Below are positions 1 to 9,076 of a stretch of 40,714 nucleotides of DNA, in pieces. The stretch is taken from positions 1-40,714 of the IMG/VR virus record IMGVR_UViG_3300027749_000213. One strand, 5' to 3'. The position numbers and the translations under genes were made by a program. The notes below the pieces were generated by a model that searched no databases, was not told where the DNA came from, and saw nothing but the letters and a program-made list of their open reading frames with translations. Positions within the stretch are counted from its first letter, which is position 1, and every line of letters starts with the position of its first letter. This DNA is from a virus (taxonomy: Duplodnaviria; Caudoviricetes).

Positions 1-186
1 CGCCAAGTTGACGTTCAACCTCACCCCTGCCTGCGGCGGCGGCTCCGCCTCCTGCGTTTGCGTCTCCTGCTTGGAACTGAGGACCATAGGACTGACGGGA
101 TAGGGAGGGACCATCGCCTGCCATCTCGAGGGTTGGTCCGGATTCATTTTTCTTGAATGCTGGACCATCGCCAACTCCCTCAAAGG
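1..186. repeat. Terminal direct repeat (circular overlap), copy 1
   Basis: 1-186 matches 40529-40714 except G60 vs T40588; an ORF reads through the junction. Confidence 0.97.
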
Positions 187-739
187 TAGTGTTAGCAACC
201 TTCTTGCCTAAGGCCTCTCGATTTGCAAAACCTGTTGGATCTACAGCCTGAAGCTGATTTCTAGCTTCCGTTGCAAACTGAGTCCCGTACTGCTTTTGAA
301 GATCGAGTTGGGATTGAGCATTTACTTTCTCCTCTGCCCTTTGGAAATCCGCCTGAGCCTTGGCAACATCCACATCCGATTTTCCCGCAAAATCAATTAC
401 TGCCTCTGCTTTGGGAATCTCAATAGGAGAACCGTATCTCGCCCCACTGTCGTTGAATGATTGGTAGTATTTAACATTTCCTTTAGCGTCCGTACTTGTT
501 GTTACTCCGTACCCCAAAGCAGTTCCGCCAAGTTTAGCGGCCTGCTCAATAGATTTTCTTGCGCCCAGTGAGTTTACGTCAGAAAGGACTCCGGCTCGAT
601 TTGCCGCCGCATAGTCAGGTGGAGGAGGCGGAGGTGGTGGTGAAGGCGGCGATCCACCATAGAATACCATGCTCGACCAAAACATTCCCGTGTAGGAATG
701 CGCCCATTTAGGATTAGCTAGCTGTCTCTCTAAAAACAT
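1..739 (-). CDS. N-terminal part of a ~500-aa DNA ejection/pilot protein that spans the origin (continues to 39765)
   Basis: Manual translation from ATG 739 (GGAGG upstream): MFLERQLANPKWAHSYTGMFWSSMVFYGGSPPSPPPPPPPPDYAAAN..., open to base 1 and in frame with ORF 39765..40652. Confidence 0.85.
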   Translation of the reverse strand, partial: MFLERQLANPKWAHSYTGMFWSSMVFYGGSPPSPPPPPPPPDYAAANRAGVLSDVNSLGARKSIEQAAKLGGTALGYGVTTSTDAKGNVKYYQSFNDSGARYGSPIEIPKAEAVIDFAGKSDVDVAKAQADFQRAEEKVNAQSQLDLQKQYGTQFATEARNQLQAVDPTGFANREALGKKVANTTFEGVGDGPAFKKNESGPTLEMAGDGPSLSRQSYGPQFQAGDANAGGGAAAAGRGEVERQLG

Positions 740-763
740 TGTTTTCCTCCATGTAATGCCACA

Positions 764-1186
764 TCAGACAGTGGCAAGTGTTAGTTCCCGCTTACAAAAG
801 GAGTTCATTCGATCAAACATTTCGATTCCGAACTTCCTAATTTTTCCGTCCTTTAACTCCCTGCGATAAGCCACAAAAGGCCTACGACCATACCTTGACC
901 AAAGAAGATTAAACAAAGATGAGATTGCAACTCCTTGATCCGCAACTACTAATTCCACCCAAGTTACGCTTCCTTCAGGATCATGCTTATATGGCTCAAG
1001 TCCATCTTCCGCTTGATTCAGAAATCTAACGCAAGCAACCCCCTTAATCTCTTCTCCATCCATTGCAATCCCGCAGAGCTCCCTATCCATGTACCATTGA
1101 AAAACATTTGTGGTTTGAGTCACGTTCTCCCATCCCTTGATGCGTGTGCTTACCCAATCAGCCGTTGTTGAGGCAGTGATTGTCAT
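764..1186 (-). CDS. GNAT-like virion morphogenesis protein (P22 gp14-like position)
   Basis: 140 aa between nozzle and ejection genes; beta/alpha pattern compatible with a GNAT fold; synteny. Confidence 0.5.
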   Translation of the reverse strand: MTITASTTADWVSTRIKGWENVTQTTNVFQWYMDRELCGIAMDGEEIKGVACVRFLNQAEDGLEPYKHDPEGSVTWVELVVADQGVAISSLFNLLWSRYGRRPFVAYRRELKDGKIRKFGIEMFDRMNSFCKRELTLATV

Positions 1187-2784
1187 AGCTCCTCGCTCGC
1201 AAAGGCATTTAAGAACGAACTGACGGTAACAGATTGAAGATTCAGCTTTCCGGAACTGCTCTCAATCAAAACCTGAATACCCTTAACTGGCTGATTCCCA
1301 AGTAGGCTTCTTGCCCTTCTTTTCGATTTCTGATTCCTCAATACAGAGCTTGCGCTTAGAACGAATGGAAGGACAAGGGACCCCAAGCCACCAGAATAAG
1401 CGGAGCTATTTATGTTTGAAAAAGCCGCAATCTTGCTTCCGTTTTCATCAATCAAAGAAATAGAACAATAAGCGATGCTAGAATAAAATTGGACCTCAAC
1501 ATTGTTAAGGCTTTTGTAGCTCATCATATCTCCAAAGGTGAACTCTCTTGTTGTCAGGCTTGTTGCTATTGGCGATCCGGAATCGGCATAGTCAGCGGCT
1601 ACCTCGTTATCGTCCTTAATCCATTCCCTCCATTGAAGAACTGATCCTGTTGGAGTAGCTAGGACTAGGCAGTTGGAGGGAGTATTCGTGTAACGAGCAA
1701 ACTCGGAGGCTTGAAAGTTTGTCCATTTACCACTCCATGACTTATGGACTGTGTTATATACAATGGAGCAGTTATTCACTGCTGAAGAACTAATTGGAAC
1801 AGAAAGGATATACCTATTTTTGTAATAAACCGCTGAAGCCCTAAAGATATAGGTCGTGTTGATTTCTTGAATTGTAGAATTGATAATCTTGCTAACTGGT
1901 TCGCTGATCTCCTGATCGGCCCCCTGCAAGATTCTCTGCATACTTCTGACACCATCTTGAGCCAACCAGTAAAGATTCGCACCCACTTGAGCAACCGTTC
2001 TATTGGCTACGCATCCCACCTCAGTACTTACAATTTCAATAGGCCAACTAGCTATTGAAGCGGCAGTTGGATCAGTAGTGATAACGTGGGTAGAGTTTTG
2101 CTTGAAAACTACAAGCCGAAAACCTGTCCAAGAGGAAATTGCCGTGATGGGTTCCCCGTCTCCACCAACCCGAAAAGAATCTACGCTAGACCATGCGGCA
2201 GTGCCTTCAACTGAAAGAAGGTCCGACACATAGATCGTGTCAGGCTCCGCAGTCCTAATGGCAAACATTCTATTGGTATGAGAGCAAAGGAACTTGACCC
2301 CGACAGGAGCATTTGCCGCCGCAGGGATTGAGGCAACAGTTGTTCCGTTAAAACTTTTGATTGCACTTACTCCATCACAAAAATATAGCTTGTCCGAAAG
2401 TTGGGCAAAGTTGACCACATTATCGGAGGAGTTTGTAAGGTAGGAGGACGAGTCTTGCGTCCAAGATCCGCTACCAACCACGCTATCATACCAGAATATT
2501 TTCCTGTTTTTGGCTATGACAATTTGATTGTAATATCCGGTGTCGAAGTAATACATTCCTTGGATATTGGCTGTTCCCTCTGGAACGGCTGAAGAGGATA
2601 CTGACAATGTTCCTCTCCTCGTCACTGCATTACCAACCCTATCTATATCTACATTGATGAACTCCGAACCTTGCGTTTCGCTTAGGAGTTTTGTAGAGGA
2701 TATATTATTTACCCCACCTACAAATGATGAGGTTATGTCAAAGAGGATTGGGTCATCCAACCCCGAGTTCGATACAATAGGCAT
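1183..2784 (-). CDS. Tail nozzle / tail tubular protein B (P22 gp10-like beta-propeller)
   Basis: 533 aa beta-rich; motifs GCVANRTVAQVG-LYWLAQDGV, YILSVP, VYN...WS; follows the adaptor gene. Confidence 0.8.
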   Translation of the reverse strand: MPIVSNSGLDDPILFDITSSFVGGVNNISSTKLLSETQGSEFINVDIDRVGNAVTRRGTLSVSSSAVPEGTANIQGMYYFDTGYYNQIVIAKNRKIFWYDSVVGSGSWTQDSSSYLTNSSDNVVNFAQLSDKLYFCDGVSAIKSFNGTTVASIPAAANAPVGVKFLCSHTNRMFAIRTAEPDTIYVSDLLSVEGTAAWSSVDSFRVGGDGEPITAISSWTGFRLVVFKQNSTHVITTDPTAASIASWPIEIVSTEVGCVANRTVAQVGANLYWLAQDGVRSMQRILQGADQEISEPVSKIINSTIQEINTTYIFRASAVYYKNRYILSVPISSSAVNNCSIVYNTVHKSWSGKWTNFQASEFARYTNTPSNCLVLATPTGSVLQWREWIKDDNEVAADYADSGSPIATSLTTREFTFGDMMSYKSLNNVEVQFYSSIAYCSISLIDENGSKIAAFSNINSSAYSGGLGSLVLPFVLSASSVLRNQKSKRRARSLLGNQPVKGIQVLIESSSGKLNLQSVTVSSFLNAFASEEL

Positions 2785-2794
2785 TTACTTTCAG

Positions 2795-3520
2795 CTATCC
2801 CAAGAATGAGGATTTTAATCCGGAGTAAACTGGATAATCCCAATCGGATCTTGACCACTCCCCTGAGTCCACCGCAGTTACAGTTAAATTGTAGGCCGAC
2901 TGACCTCTTTCAATGTTCGTGGCAACCTTAATCTGAGCCACTCCGTCCCCGTACATCATCTGAGCCTTTGAATACTGCCTATCCCTAGTCAACATATCGC
3001 CTTCAGCAAAGGCTAATAGAGCATTGTCAATTCCCGATAGGGATGCGCTATCAGTATCGTTAGTTAGGTTGCGTGTTTGAAATTGAGATGATCCGTCAAT
3101 AATGCGGAGTTTTATCTTCCCCAATACTGTTAATGTCTTTGTTGTTGAGGGAGTTTGAACAAGCCTAATCTGACATACCCCTGCCGCAGTTTTGGGGAGC
3201 GTTACAAAGCCAAGGGGGGTTCCGGTGTTGTCAAAGAGAGTGGGATCAATAGCATATACCGCTTCATGTTGAACTGGACCCAACATGGTATCAGACCAAC
3301 GGACTGCAACTATCTGGTCAATCGCAGTGTTTGAGATAGTTACATCCTGCGTTCCGGACGGAACAGATTGAGTGGAGGTTCCAAGAGTGTCCCGCCAAAG
3401 CTGACTTGACCATATAAGCTCATATCGCCTTGCGAGAAATACTTTGCATTGAGAAACGGAGTCGGAATCAGTCTTGCCGATCTTCCCAGTAACAAAGGAA
3501 GCCATGTCAGTTAGGGTCAT
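2795..3520 (-). CDS. Head-tail adaptor / tail tubular protein A
   Basis: 241 aa, N-terminal MTLTDM helix and helical C-terminus; directly upstream of the nozzle. Confidence 0.7.
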   Translation of the reverse strand: MTLTDMASFVTGKIGKTDSDSVSQCKVFLARRYELIWSSQLWRDTLGTSTQSVPSGTQDVTISNTAIDQIVAVRWSDTMLGPVQHEAVYAIDPTLFDNTGTPLGFVTLPKTAAGVCQIRLVQTPSTTKTLTVLGKIKLRIIDGSSQFQTRNLTNDTDSASLSGIDNALLAFAEGDMLTRDRQYSKAQMMYGDGVAQIKVATNIERGQSAYNLTVTAVDSGEWSRSDWDYPVYSGLKSSFLG

Positions 3521-3685
3521 TTATCCCTCTGTAGGTTCGTCAGCAGGAAGCGGCTCGTTGCCTTCGGACAGCCATTTTAGGTAGGCTTGGTAGTCGGTGT
3601 TGGCTGGGTCGAATGGGATATATGCCGAGTCATAGGATCTTATTACATTTAGACCATGCACACTATTAAATAGCTTATAGTTCAT
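3521..3685 (-). CDS. Small tail-fibre-associated protein (54 aa, not in ORF track)
   Basis: MNYKLF...IPFDPANTDYQAYLKWLSEGNEPLPADEPTEG; this motif commonly follows fibre genes; ATGA overlap with the upstream stop. Confidence 0.8.
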   Translation of the reverse strand: MNYKLFNSVHGLNVIRSYDSAYIPFDPANTDYQAYLKWLSEGNEPLPADEPTEG

Positions 3686-4584
3686 AACTCCGATGCTCCT
3701 GTAACTGTGGCTGAACCAATAATACTATTCCCAACAGATTGATACGCAGAATATACACTAAGTGGCGCAAACGCTACTCCACTTCCACCAGACTGAGATG
3801 TTGCTGTAATTGTTGGAGTAGCCCTTTTCTCAACTTTCCAGTATGCAGTATTGATTAAAGCAGTCCAACTTGATGTGGACATTAGCGCATTTGTTACCTC
3901 ATAATACCTCTGGCACAACGCCAACTCCGTCCCAATCGGCCTGCGCTCAAACTCGGTTGCGGTTGAGCCTGCTTCGAGTTGGACATTATCAATCGTCCAA
4001 GTTCCACTGGCTTGCGCTCCAACTGTAAAGACAATTTCAATTCCAGTGGTAGCGGCTGATGGAACTGAGATTTGTGTGCTATAAGTTGTTAGCGTGGATG
4101 TAACAGTAAATGTTCCAGTTGCAATCTGTGTGCGGGTTGGGCTTGCTAGTGTTCCGAAAGCATCTGCTGTATTTGCGTAAAATGCAGTCCATGTAACCGA
4201 AGTAAGCAAGCTATTTGCAAGTTGGACAGATAGAGTAGAAGTTGATCCAGCTAAATCCCGAGTATTAGTAGCCTCAAGTCTAGTCCCAAAGCCAATCGCA
4301 GTAACCGAAGCGGCTCCTGTAAACCGATAAGCAAATTCGTTTGGTGTTGTGCCAGCAACCCTTACTCCAGTTGCATTTGCGCCAGTGCAGTATCCATAGA
4401 AACGATCTACCGAATAGGCTAAGGCGGCGGCAGATGTAAATGTCTGACTCGCCCCAGCATTCCTCTGGTCAATCCGCATATCACCATTGATAATGCGATT
4501 TCTAAATCCAACAGCAGGACGAGTGGTCTGCGTTGAGCCATCGTTGAAGGTGATTCCGTTAGTTCCGTGGATTGTGGTTGCCAT
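3682..4584 (-). CDS. Tail fibre / receptor-binding protein
   Basis: RNRIINGDMRIDQRN...QLEAGSTATEFERRPIGTELALCQRYY motifs typical of aquatic-phage fibre proteins. Confidence 0.8.
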   Translation of the reverse strand: MATTIHGTNGITFNDGSTQTTRPAVGFRNRIINGDMRIDQRNAGASQTFTSAAALAYSVDRFYGYCTGANATGVRVAGTTPNEFAYRFTGAASVTAIGFGTRLEATNTRDLAGSTSTLSVQLANSLLTSVTWTAFYANTADAFGTLASPTRTQIATGTFTVTSTLTTYSTQISVPSAATTGIEIVFTVGAQASGTWTIDNVQLEAGSTATEFERRPIGTELALCQRYYEVTNALMSTSSWTALINTAYWKVEKRATPTITATSQSGGSGVAFAPLSVYSAYQSVGNSIIGSATVTGASEL

Positions 4585-4586
4585 AA

Positions 4587-5282
4587 TTATCCTTCGTACA
4601 AAACATTGATTGAGCTTGAGGTTCCGTCTAAGGAACTACCAAGAGTACCCAAGAGTCTTATCATTCCAAGATCCCCAGATAGTGTCACGATTCCGTTATT
4701 TATTGTTCCAAAGTTAGTACCTGTATTACACGAAAGAACGCCCGACCCAACCCAAGTATTGCCATTATGTTTTGTAAAAACGTATGTTCCAAAGAAAACA
4801 TATGTAGCAGAACCCAAAAGCCATATAAAACCAGACGTTGAGGCGGCTGCACCTGATGACACACTACCCACAAGATATTGACTTACAGAATTGTAACCAG
4901 TCGTAGTTGGGGTAGTCCCAACCCCGAGTTGTATCAAACCATTATCAGCACCCGCAAAAGATATGTTATATATAGAAAGAGTGATCCGCTTTGCCCAACT
5001 TGGTATTCCAGTAATATCAGCAAATGTACCGCTCGTAGTGGCTACAGCAGTTCCAAGCGTCATGGGTTGCGATAGCTTGGCTGGTGTAACAATTCCATTT
5101 GCAAGCGTAGTAGTAACATTCCCACTAGCATCCACTGTCAGAACATCAGCCGTAGTCGCACCGCTATTGCCCCTCGCTAGCTTAATCGTGCCATCGGGTG
5201 AGGATGGGACGGAGAGGGTGAAGTTTTGGGTGGCAGTTGCTGACTGACCGATTTGAACTGAGTTGGCTTTTAGGAGGCTCAT
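4587..5282 (-). CDS. Tail fibre protein
   Basis: Thr/Gly/Ser-rich; VTPAKL shaft motif; TGIPSWAKRIT domain; within fibre cluster. Confidence 0.7.
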   Translation of the reverse strand: MSLLKANSVQIGQSATATQNFTLSVPSSPDGTIKLARGNSGATTADVLTVDASGNVTTTLANGIVTPAKLSQPMTLGTAVATTSGTFADITGIPSWAKRITLSIYNISFAGADNGLIQLGVGTTPTTTGYNSVSQYLVGSVSSGAAASTSGFIWLLGSATYVFFGTYVFTKHNGNTWVGSGVLSCNTGTNFGTINNGIVTLSGDLGMIRLLGTLGSSLDGTSSSINVLYEG

Positions 5283-5295
5283 GGTTATTCCTTGT

Positions 5296-5823
5296 TTATC
5301 GAAAGAAGGCTAGGTTAATATATGGGCAATCTATAACCCCAACACCTGCCGCTGACACTATTCCACGCAAACTTCCTGCCAATGGAGTTCCTATGGTGGT
5401 TGCCACATTAGTCTGTGGTACCCAACTAATACCCCCATATGATCCATTGGTTGACGCGCTACCAACGCAACAATAATTTGCATCAGCCATAGCAACTGTA
5501 AAATTGATGGTATAATCTCCAACGCCATTTCTTAAAACGCTGGACACATTTCCTGAGGCACGAATAAATCTATTTGTTAATGCCGTATCAGTTCCTCCTG
5601 ACGCATTCCTTGTTGCGTCAAAATTTACCCACGCCCTTGCCCCAAAGATCGGGGCTGATCCAGACTGCGCTCCATCTAGTTTAGATGAAGTAATGTTTGC
5701 ATCTAAAATTTTTGCAGTCGTGATTGCGCTATCCGCAATATCCGCAGTGGTAATAGATAGGTCAGGCAATCCCCCTGCGGAGATTCCTGTGATTGTTCCT
5801 GTTCCTGTAATTGAGATAGGCAT
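5296..5823 (-). CDS. Tail fibre protein
   Basis: ITTADI/ITTAKI repeats; ARAWVNFD...NVSSV...GDYTINF...DANY C-terminal domain. Confidence 0.75.
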   Translation of the reverse strand: MPISITGTGTITGISAGGLPDLSITTADIADSAITTAKILDANITSSKLDGAQSGSAPIFGARAWVNFDATRNASGGTDTALTNRFIRASGNVSSVLRNGVGDYTINFTVAMADANYCCVGSASTNGSYGGISWVPQTNVATTIGTPLAGSLRGIVSAAGVGVIDCPYINLAFFR

Positions 5824-5824
5824 A

Positions 5825-6805
5825 TTAAACTACTGTCCAGACCCCGCCATCGGGGATTGTGACTGTCACTCCTGAATTTACTGTTATAGGCCCAGCAGAA
5901 AGAGCGTTCTTACTTGCCGTTATTGTATAGTTGGTTGTCATTGTTTGATCGTTCTCCCAAAAAATTTTATTTGTGCCACCACCAACTGCTCCTGCGGCGG
6001 CACTTGCGGTTGTATATGAAGTTACTTGCCCCTTTGCGTTAATAGTAAGAATTGGAATTAGGGAGGCAGATCCAACGCTTCCGGCGGGACTCGGAGAAAG
6101 ATCAGCCATTTTTGCACTGGTAACAGATAGATCGACAGGAACTACGCTAGTAGTTGTTGCGCTTGTTATTCTTCCTTTTGCGTCAACCGCAATTTGCGGA
6201 ATTGAGGATGCGTCTCCATAAGTTCCAGCGGAAACGCCAGTAGCGGCCAGAGTTGATGCGCCGGAGACATTAGCAGTTCCATTAAAAGAAGCTGAAGTAT
6301 ATGATACATCCCCCGTCATTCCCACTGTCCTGCCTGCGGCAAGAGCGGTTGCAGTTCCGGCGTTGCCTGTGCATGAACCAGACGATCCGCTTACATTTCC
6401 AGTTACATTCCCCGTGACGTTCCCCGTAATGTTTCCAGTTACATTCCCCGTGACGTTCCCCGTAATGTTTCCAGTTACGTTTCCGGTAATAGCTCCGGCT
6501 ACTCCTCCGGTTGCAGTAATGAGTCCGGTGACTCCAAGTGTCCCTCCAATAGTAGCATTTCCCGTAATCGGAAAATCAGATGCAGTTCCTGCCTTGATTA
6601 AATTGGATGCGGATATTTTCTTGAGGGCAGTAGCTGATGCGTCATAGATAAGGAGAAGATCGTTAGCCTGATCTATTGTTGTCTTTACCGTTCTATTGGT
6701 AATTGCTTCCGGCTGAACTGAGGCATTAGCCTGAATATTGTTCAGCTTAGTTGCTGTTACCGTATCGCCATCCGAAAAACTCTGTGTTGTTGTAATTTCT
6801 GCCAT
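5825..6805 (-). CDS. Proximal tail fibre protein
   Basis: N-terminal anchor (VTATKLN), GNVT/GNIT repeats, VDAKGRIT repeats, C-terminal ENDQT...NALSAGPITV...WTVV. Confidence 0.8.
   Translation of the reverse strand: MAEITTTQSFSDGDTVTATKLNNIQANASVQPEAITNRTVKTTIDQANDLLLIYDASATALKKISASNLIKAGTASDFPITGNATIGGTLGVTGLITATGGVAGAITGNVTGNITGNVTGNVTGNITGNVTGNVTGNVSGSSGSCTGNAGTATALAAGRTVGMTGDVSYTSASFNGTANVSGASTLAATGVSAGTYGDASSIPQIAVDAKGRITSATTTSVVPVDLSVTSAKMADLSPSPAGSVGSASLIPILTINAKGQVTSYTTASAAAGAVGGGTNKIFWENDQTMTTNYTITASKNALSAGPITVNSGVTVTIPDGGVWTVV
6396..6478. repeat. Perfect 36-bp tandem repeat (about 2.3 copies)
   Basis: tttccagttacattccccgtgacgttccccgtaatg at 6396-6431 and 6432-6467, partial copy to 6478. 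Confidence 0.95.
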
Positions 6806-6816
6806 AATGTTTGCTC

Positions 6817-7113
6817 CTAGTGACCTGTAAGGCGGGATTTAATCCAGTCAAAGATAAATGAAAAAAGAATGCTCATCACAGTTGCCGCTCCCAAAATCTT
6901 TGCCCATATGTTTTCTATCGCGCTAACCCTCATAGAGATACGCTCAACCCACTCCCCAAGGTTGCAAGCCTGCTTCTCCACTATATCGCAGATATGTTTC
7001 TGACGTTCCTGCATAGAACGCTGAACTTCCTCTAATCGAGCAAGCCGTTCTTTCATCTCCATAATCGCGTCCATAATATCTATCCCCATAACGCTAGTCA
7101 TCCTTCCTGCCAT
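6817..7113 (-). CDS. Coiled-coil protein with C-terminal TM helix (XhlA/holin-like)
   Basis: Heptad-rich N-terminus followed by KILGAATVMSILFSFIFDWI. Confidence 0.5.
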   Translation of the reverse strand: MAGRMTSVMGIDIMDAIMEMKERLARLEEVQRSMQERQKHICDIVEKQACNLGEWVERISMRVSAIENIWAKILGAATVMSILFSFIFDWIKSRLTGH

Positions 7114-7363
7114 TTCCCTCGAGATAGGATACTGCTACTGCGATATGGATAATGGCTCCGGTTAAAGTCTCGGGATTGCCGAGATCCTTTCTAACCTTTG
7201 CATAAGAAATTAAATGTTTTGTACGAGCATCATAATCCAACTCTCCGGCATTCAAGTTGTGTGCTCTCGATAGCTTAATAGCCCTCTCTAGTATCTGAGA
7301 GTTAATCCTCCCTAGGAATAGCTTTGCCCAAAGCCAGAAGAAGAATCTTTGGAATATAGTCAT
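7094..7363 (-). CDS. Hypothetical protein
   Basis: ORF track 7094..7375; likely start ATG 7363 overlapping the upstream TGA. Confidence 0.6.
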   Translation of the reverse strand: MTIFQRFFFWLWAKLFLGRINSQILERAIKLSRAHNLNAGELDYDARTKHLISYAKVRKDLGNPETLTGAIIHIAVAVSYLEGNGRKDD

Positions 7364-7533
7364 TTCTTCCACCAATCAGCCGAGTCCTTTGCCATACACT
7401 TAATCGCCTTTTGCGCTTCTAATACACTTGTCGTTAGATATACAGAAGGCTTGCCGTTGATATACCCAAGAGAGATGAAGCCTTCGTCTAGGAGGTATTG
7501 GAGGGCTTGGATGATCTGATCTTCCGTGTTCAA
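7360..7533 (-). CDS. Hypothetical protein (57 aa, TTG start, not in track)
   Basis: MNTEDQIIQALQYLLDEGFISLG...DSADWWKK fills the gap in the operon. Confidence 0.6.
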   Translation of the reverse strand: MNTEDQIIQALQYLLDEGFISLGYINGKPSVYLTTSVLEAQKAIKCMAKDSADWWKK

Positions 7534-7539
7534 TAGCTT

Positions 7540-7836
7540 TTACTCGTAGCGGATTGCGTCAATTTCCTCGTTGGTCGAGCAGTTTAGAGCAGTCGCTTTG
7601 CAGGCTAGATATTTATCTCGGCATTCCTTAACCCATCCAAGTATCTGCGCTTTCTTTTCTTCGTCATAAATCCCGTTGGCACAGTTACGTTCATCGGTCT
7701 CCGTAACCTTGGTGCGGATCAGTTTTGTGGTTAGCTCTGCCCACACCTCTTTACGCTCCTCGATTGCCTCAGACAGTGTTCTTGTGTCCTCGACTCTTAC
7801 GAGTTGGCCGTCTTGATAGTATTCTTGGCGTGGCAT
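7540..7836 (-). CDS. Probable fibre-assembly/chaperone-like protein
   Basis: Helical 98 aa ending EEIDAIRY, directly after a beta-rich gene. Confidence 0.45.
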   Translation of the reverse strand: MPRQEYYQDGQLVRVEDTRTLSEAIEERKEVWAELTTKLIRTKVTETDERNCANGIYDEEKKAQILGWVKECRDKYLACKATALNCSTNEEIDAIRYE

Positions 7837-7837
7837 A

Positions 7838-8482
7838 TTATTTTAGGAATACGCCAACATAGGCACTATCGGTTCTATCATTTCCTTGGTTTGAAAAATC
7901 AATCGTAGCAGAACTATAATCGCTTGATAATGCCGTATTTTCGCTACTGAATATCAGCGGTATTCCAGCTTGCGAATATTGAGTTGTTGGGCTTGTTCCA
8001 TCCCAACCAGATCCGATATTTCCAATAAAAGAACCGTGCCTTCCAGTTCCATCGTATCCCCTTACAGAACAACTATTATTTGAAACGGTAGCCCTTATAT
8101 TCATTCCAAAGAAACTGATTCCCTTTGGGAGAACCCAAGTCGGAGAAAATGTTATTGTTTTAACCCCTGTTGTTGTTGGGTCAATTCCAGTTGTTAGTGT
8201 GTTTGCTATTTGAGTGCTTGGAGCAAGTTGATTTGATTTGCAATTATAAATTGCAAATTGTATTAGTGGAGTTCCAGTTGATGTAGCACCGCTTGTTACA
8301 ATAAATTGAAGTGTTGTTATTGTTCTTGGAACATTTGTATATATTGGAGTAAGTGAAATCCAAGAACTAATCATTGTTAAACTATTTGAATTAGACCCAT
8401 ACGATCCAAATGGCCCAACACATCTAGATGATGGTACAGCTAAATCTCCGAATATTTTATCTTTAGCTTGGGCAAGAGGCAT
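7838..8482 (-). CDS. Beta-rich virion surface/head-fibre protein
   Basis: Thr/Ser-rich 214 aa, visibly AT-rich DNA, in the structural operon. Confidence 0.5.
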   Translation of the reverse strand: MPLAQAKDKIFGDLAVPSSRCVGPFGSYGSNSNSLTMISSWISLTPIYTNVPRTITTLQFIVTSGATSTGTPLIQFAIYNCKSNQLAPSTQIANTLTTGIDPTTTGVKTITFSPTWVLPKGISFFGMNIRATVSNNSCSVRGYDGTGRHGSFIGNIGSGWDGTSPTTQYSQAGIPLIFSSENTALSSDYSSATIDFSNQGNDRTDSAYVGVFLK

Positions 8483-8491
8483 CGCCTACTC

Positions 8492-9073
8492 CTAGCTAAC
8501 TTGCGTCACCCTAGCCGTTCCAGCCGTGGCGAATACCGCAGTATGGGCAAGAGAAAGCTGACCCGCTGGACATTCCCAATAATCTCCTGCAGATAGGCGA
8601 ACTTGATATGAAGTTGTTGTGCAGGTTCCACCCGCAGAAATATACAGAATACCAGAACCCTCGTTAAAGACCGTCAACACTTCCCTATTTGAAACTGCGG
8701 ATACAAGTGACGAGGATGCGGTTGTGCTTGTGAAATTCGTATTAGAAACTGTTGTTCCTTGTAGCGGATATGTATTCACCGTTCCAGTGATGCTGACGGA
8801 AGAACTTCCAAATGAAGTAATCTGTCCACCTGATCCGTCCACAATCTGCACCGACAAAGCACGTTGAGATCCTCTAGCAGAAGATGTGATAGCGTTTCCG
8901 GTTCCATCTCGAACATCCGACAAGACACCGTTAGCCATGTCTGCTTTGATAAGAGCAATGTCGGCCTGCGTTGTCGCAAGAAGCGATTCAAGTCCGTCTG
9001 TATTAACATTGATGCTATCCGCATCAATCTTTACGTCATTAAGACGGCTATATAGCTCTTTGATGCTAGGCAT
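8492..9073 (-). CDS. Virion decoration/spike-like protein
   Basis: N-terminal coiled coil plus C-terminal jelly-roll-like segment (NREVLTVFNEGSGILYI). Confidence 0.55.
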   Translation of the reverse strand: MPSIKELYSRLNDVKIDADSINVNTDGLESLLATTQADIALIKADMANGVLSDVRDGTGNAITSSARGSQRALSVQIVDGSGGQITSFGSSSVSITGTVNTYPLQGTTVSNTNFTSTTASSSLVSAVSNREVLTVFNEGSGILYISAGGTCTTTSYQVRLSAGDYWECPAGQLSLAHTAVFATAGTARVTQVS

Positions 9074-9076
9074 TTT

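Noticed and set aside
1-186. Biological direct terminal repeat (T7-like)
   Set aside because: It falls in the middle of a coding sequence; more simply an assembly overlap of a circular or permuted genome
3682-6805. Diversity-generating retroelement or invertible fibre cassette
   Set aside because: No reverse transcriptase, no TR/VR pair and no invertase; all fibre genes are co-oriented
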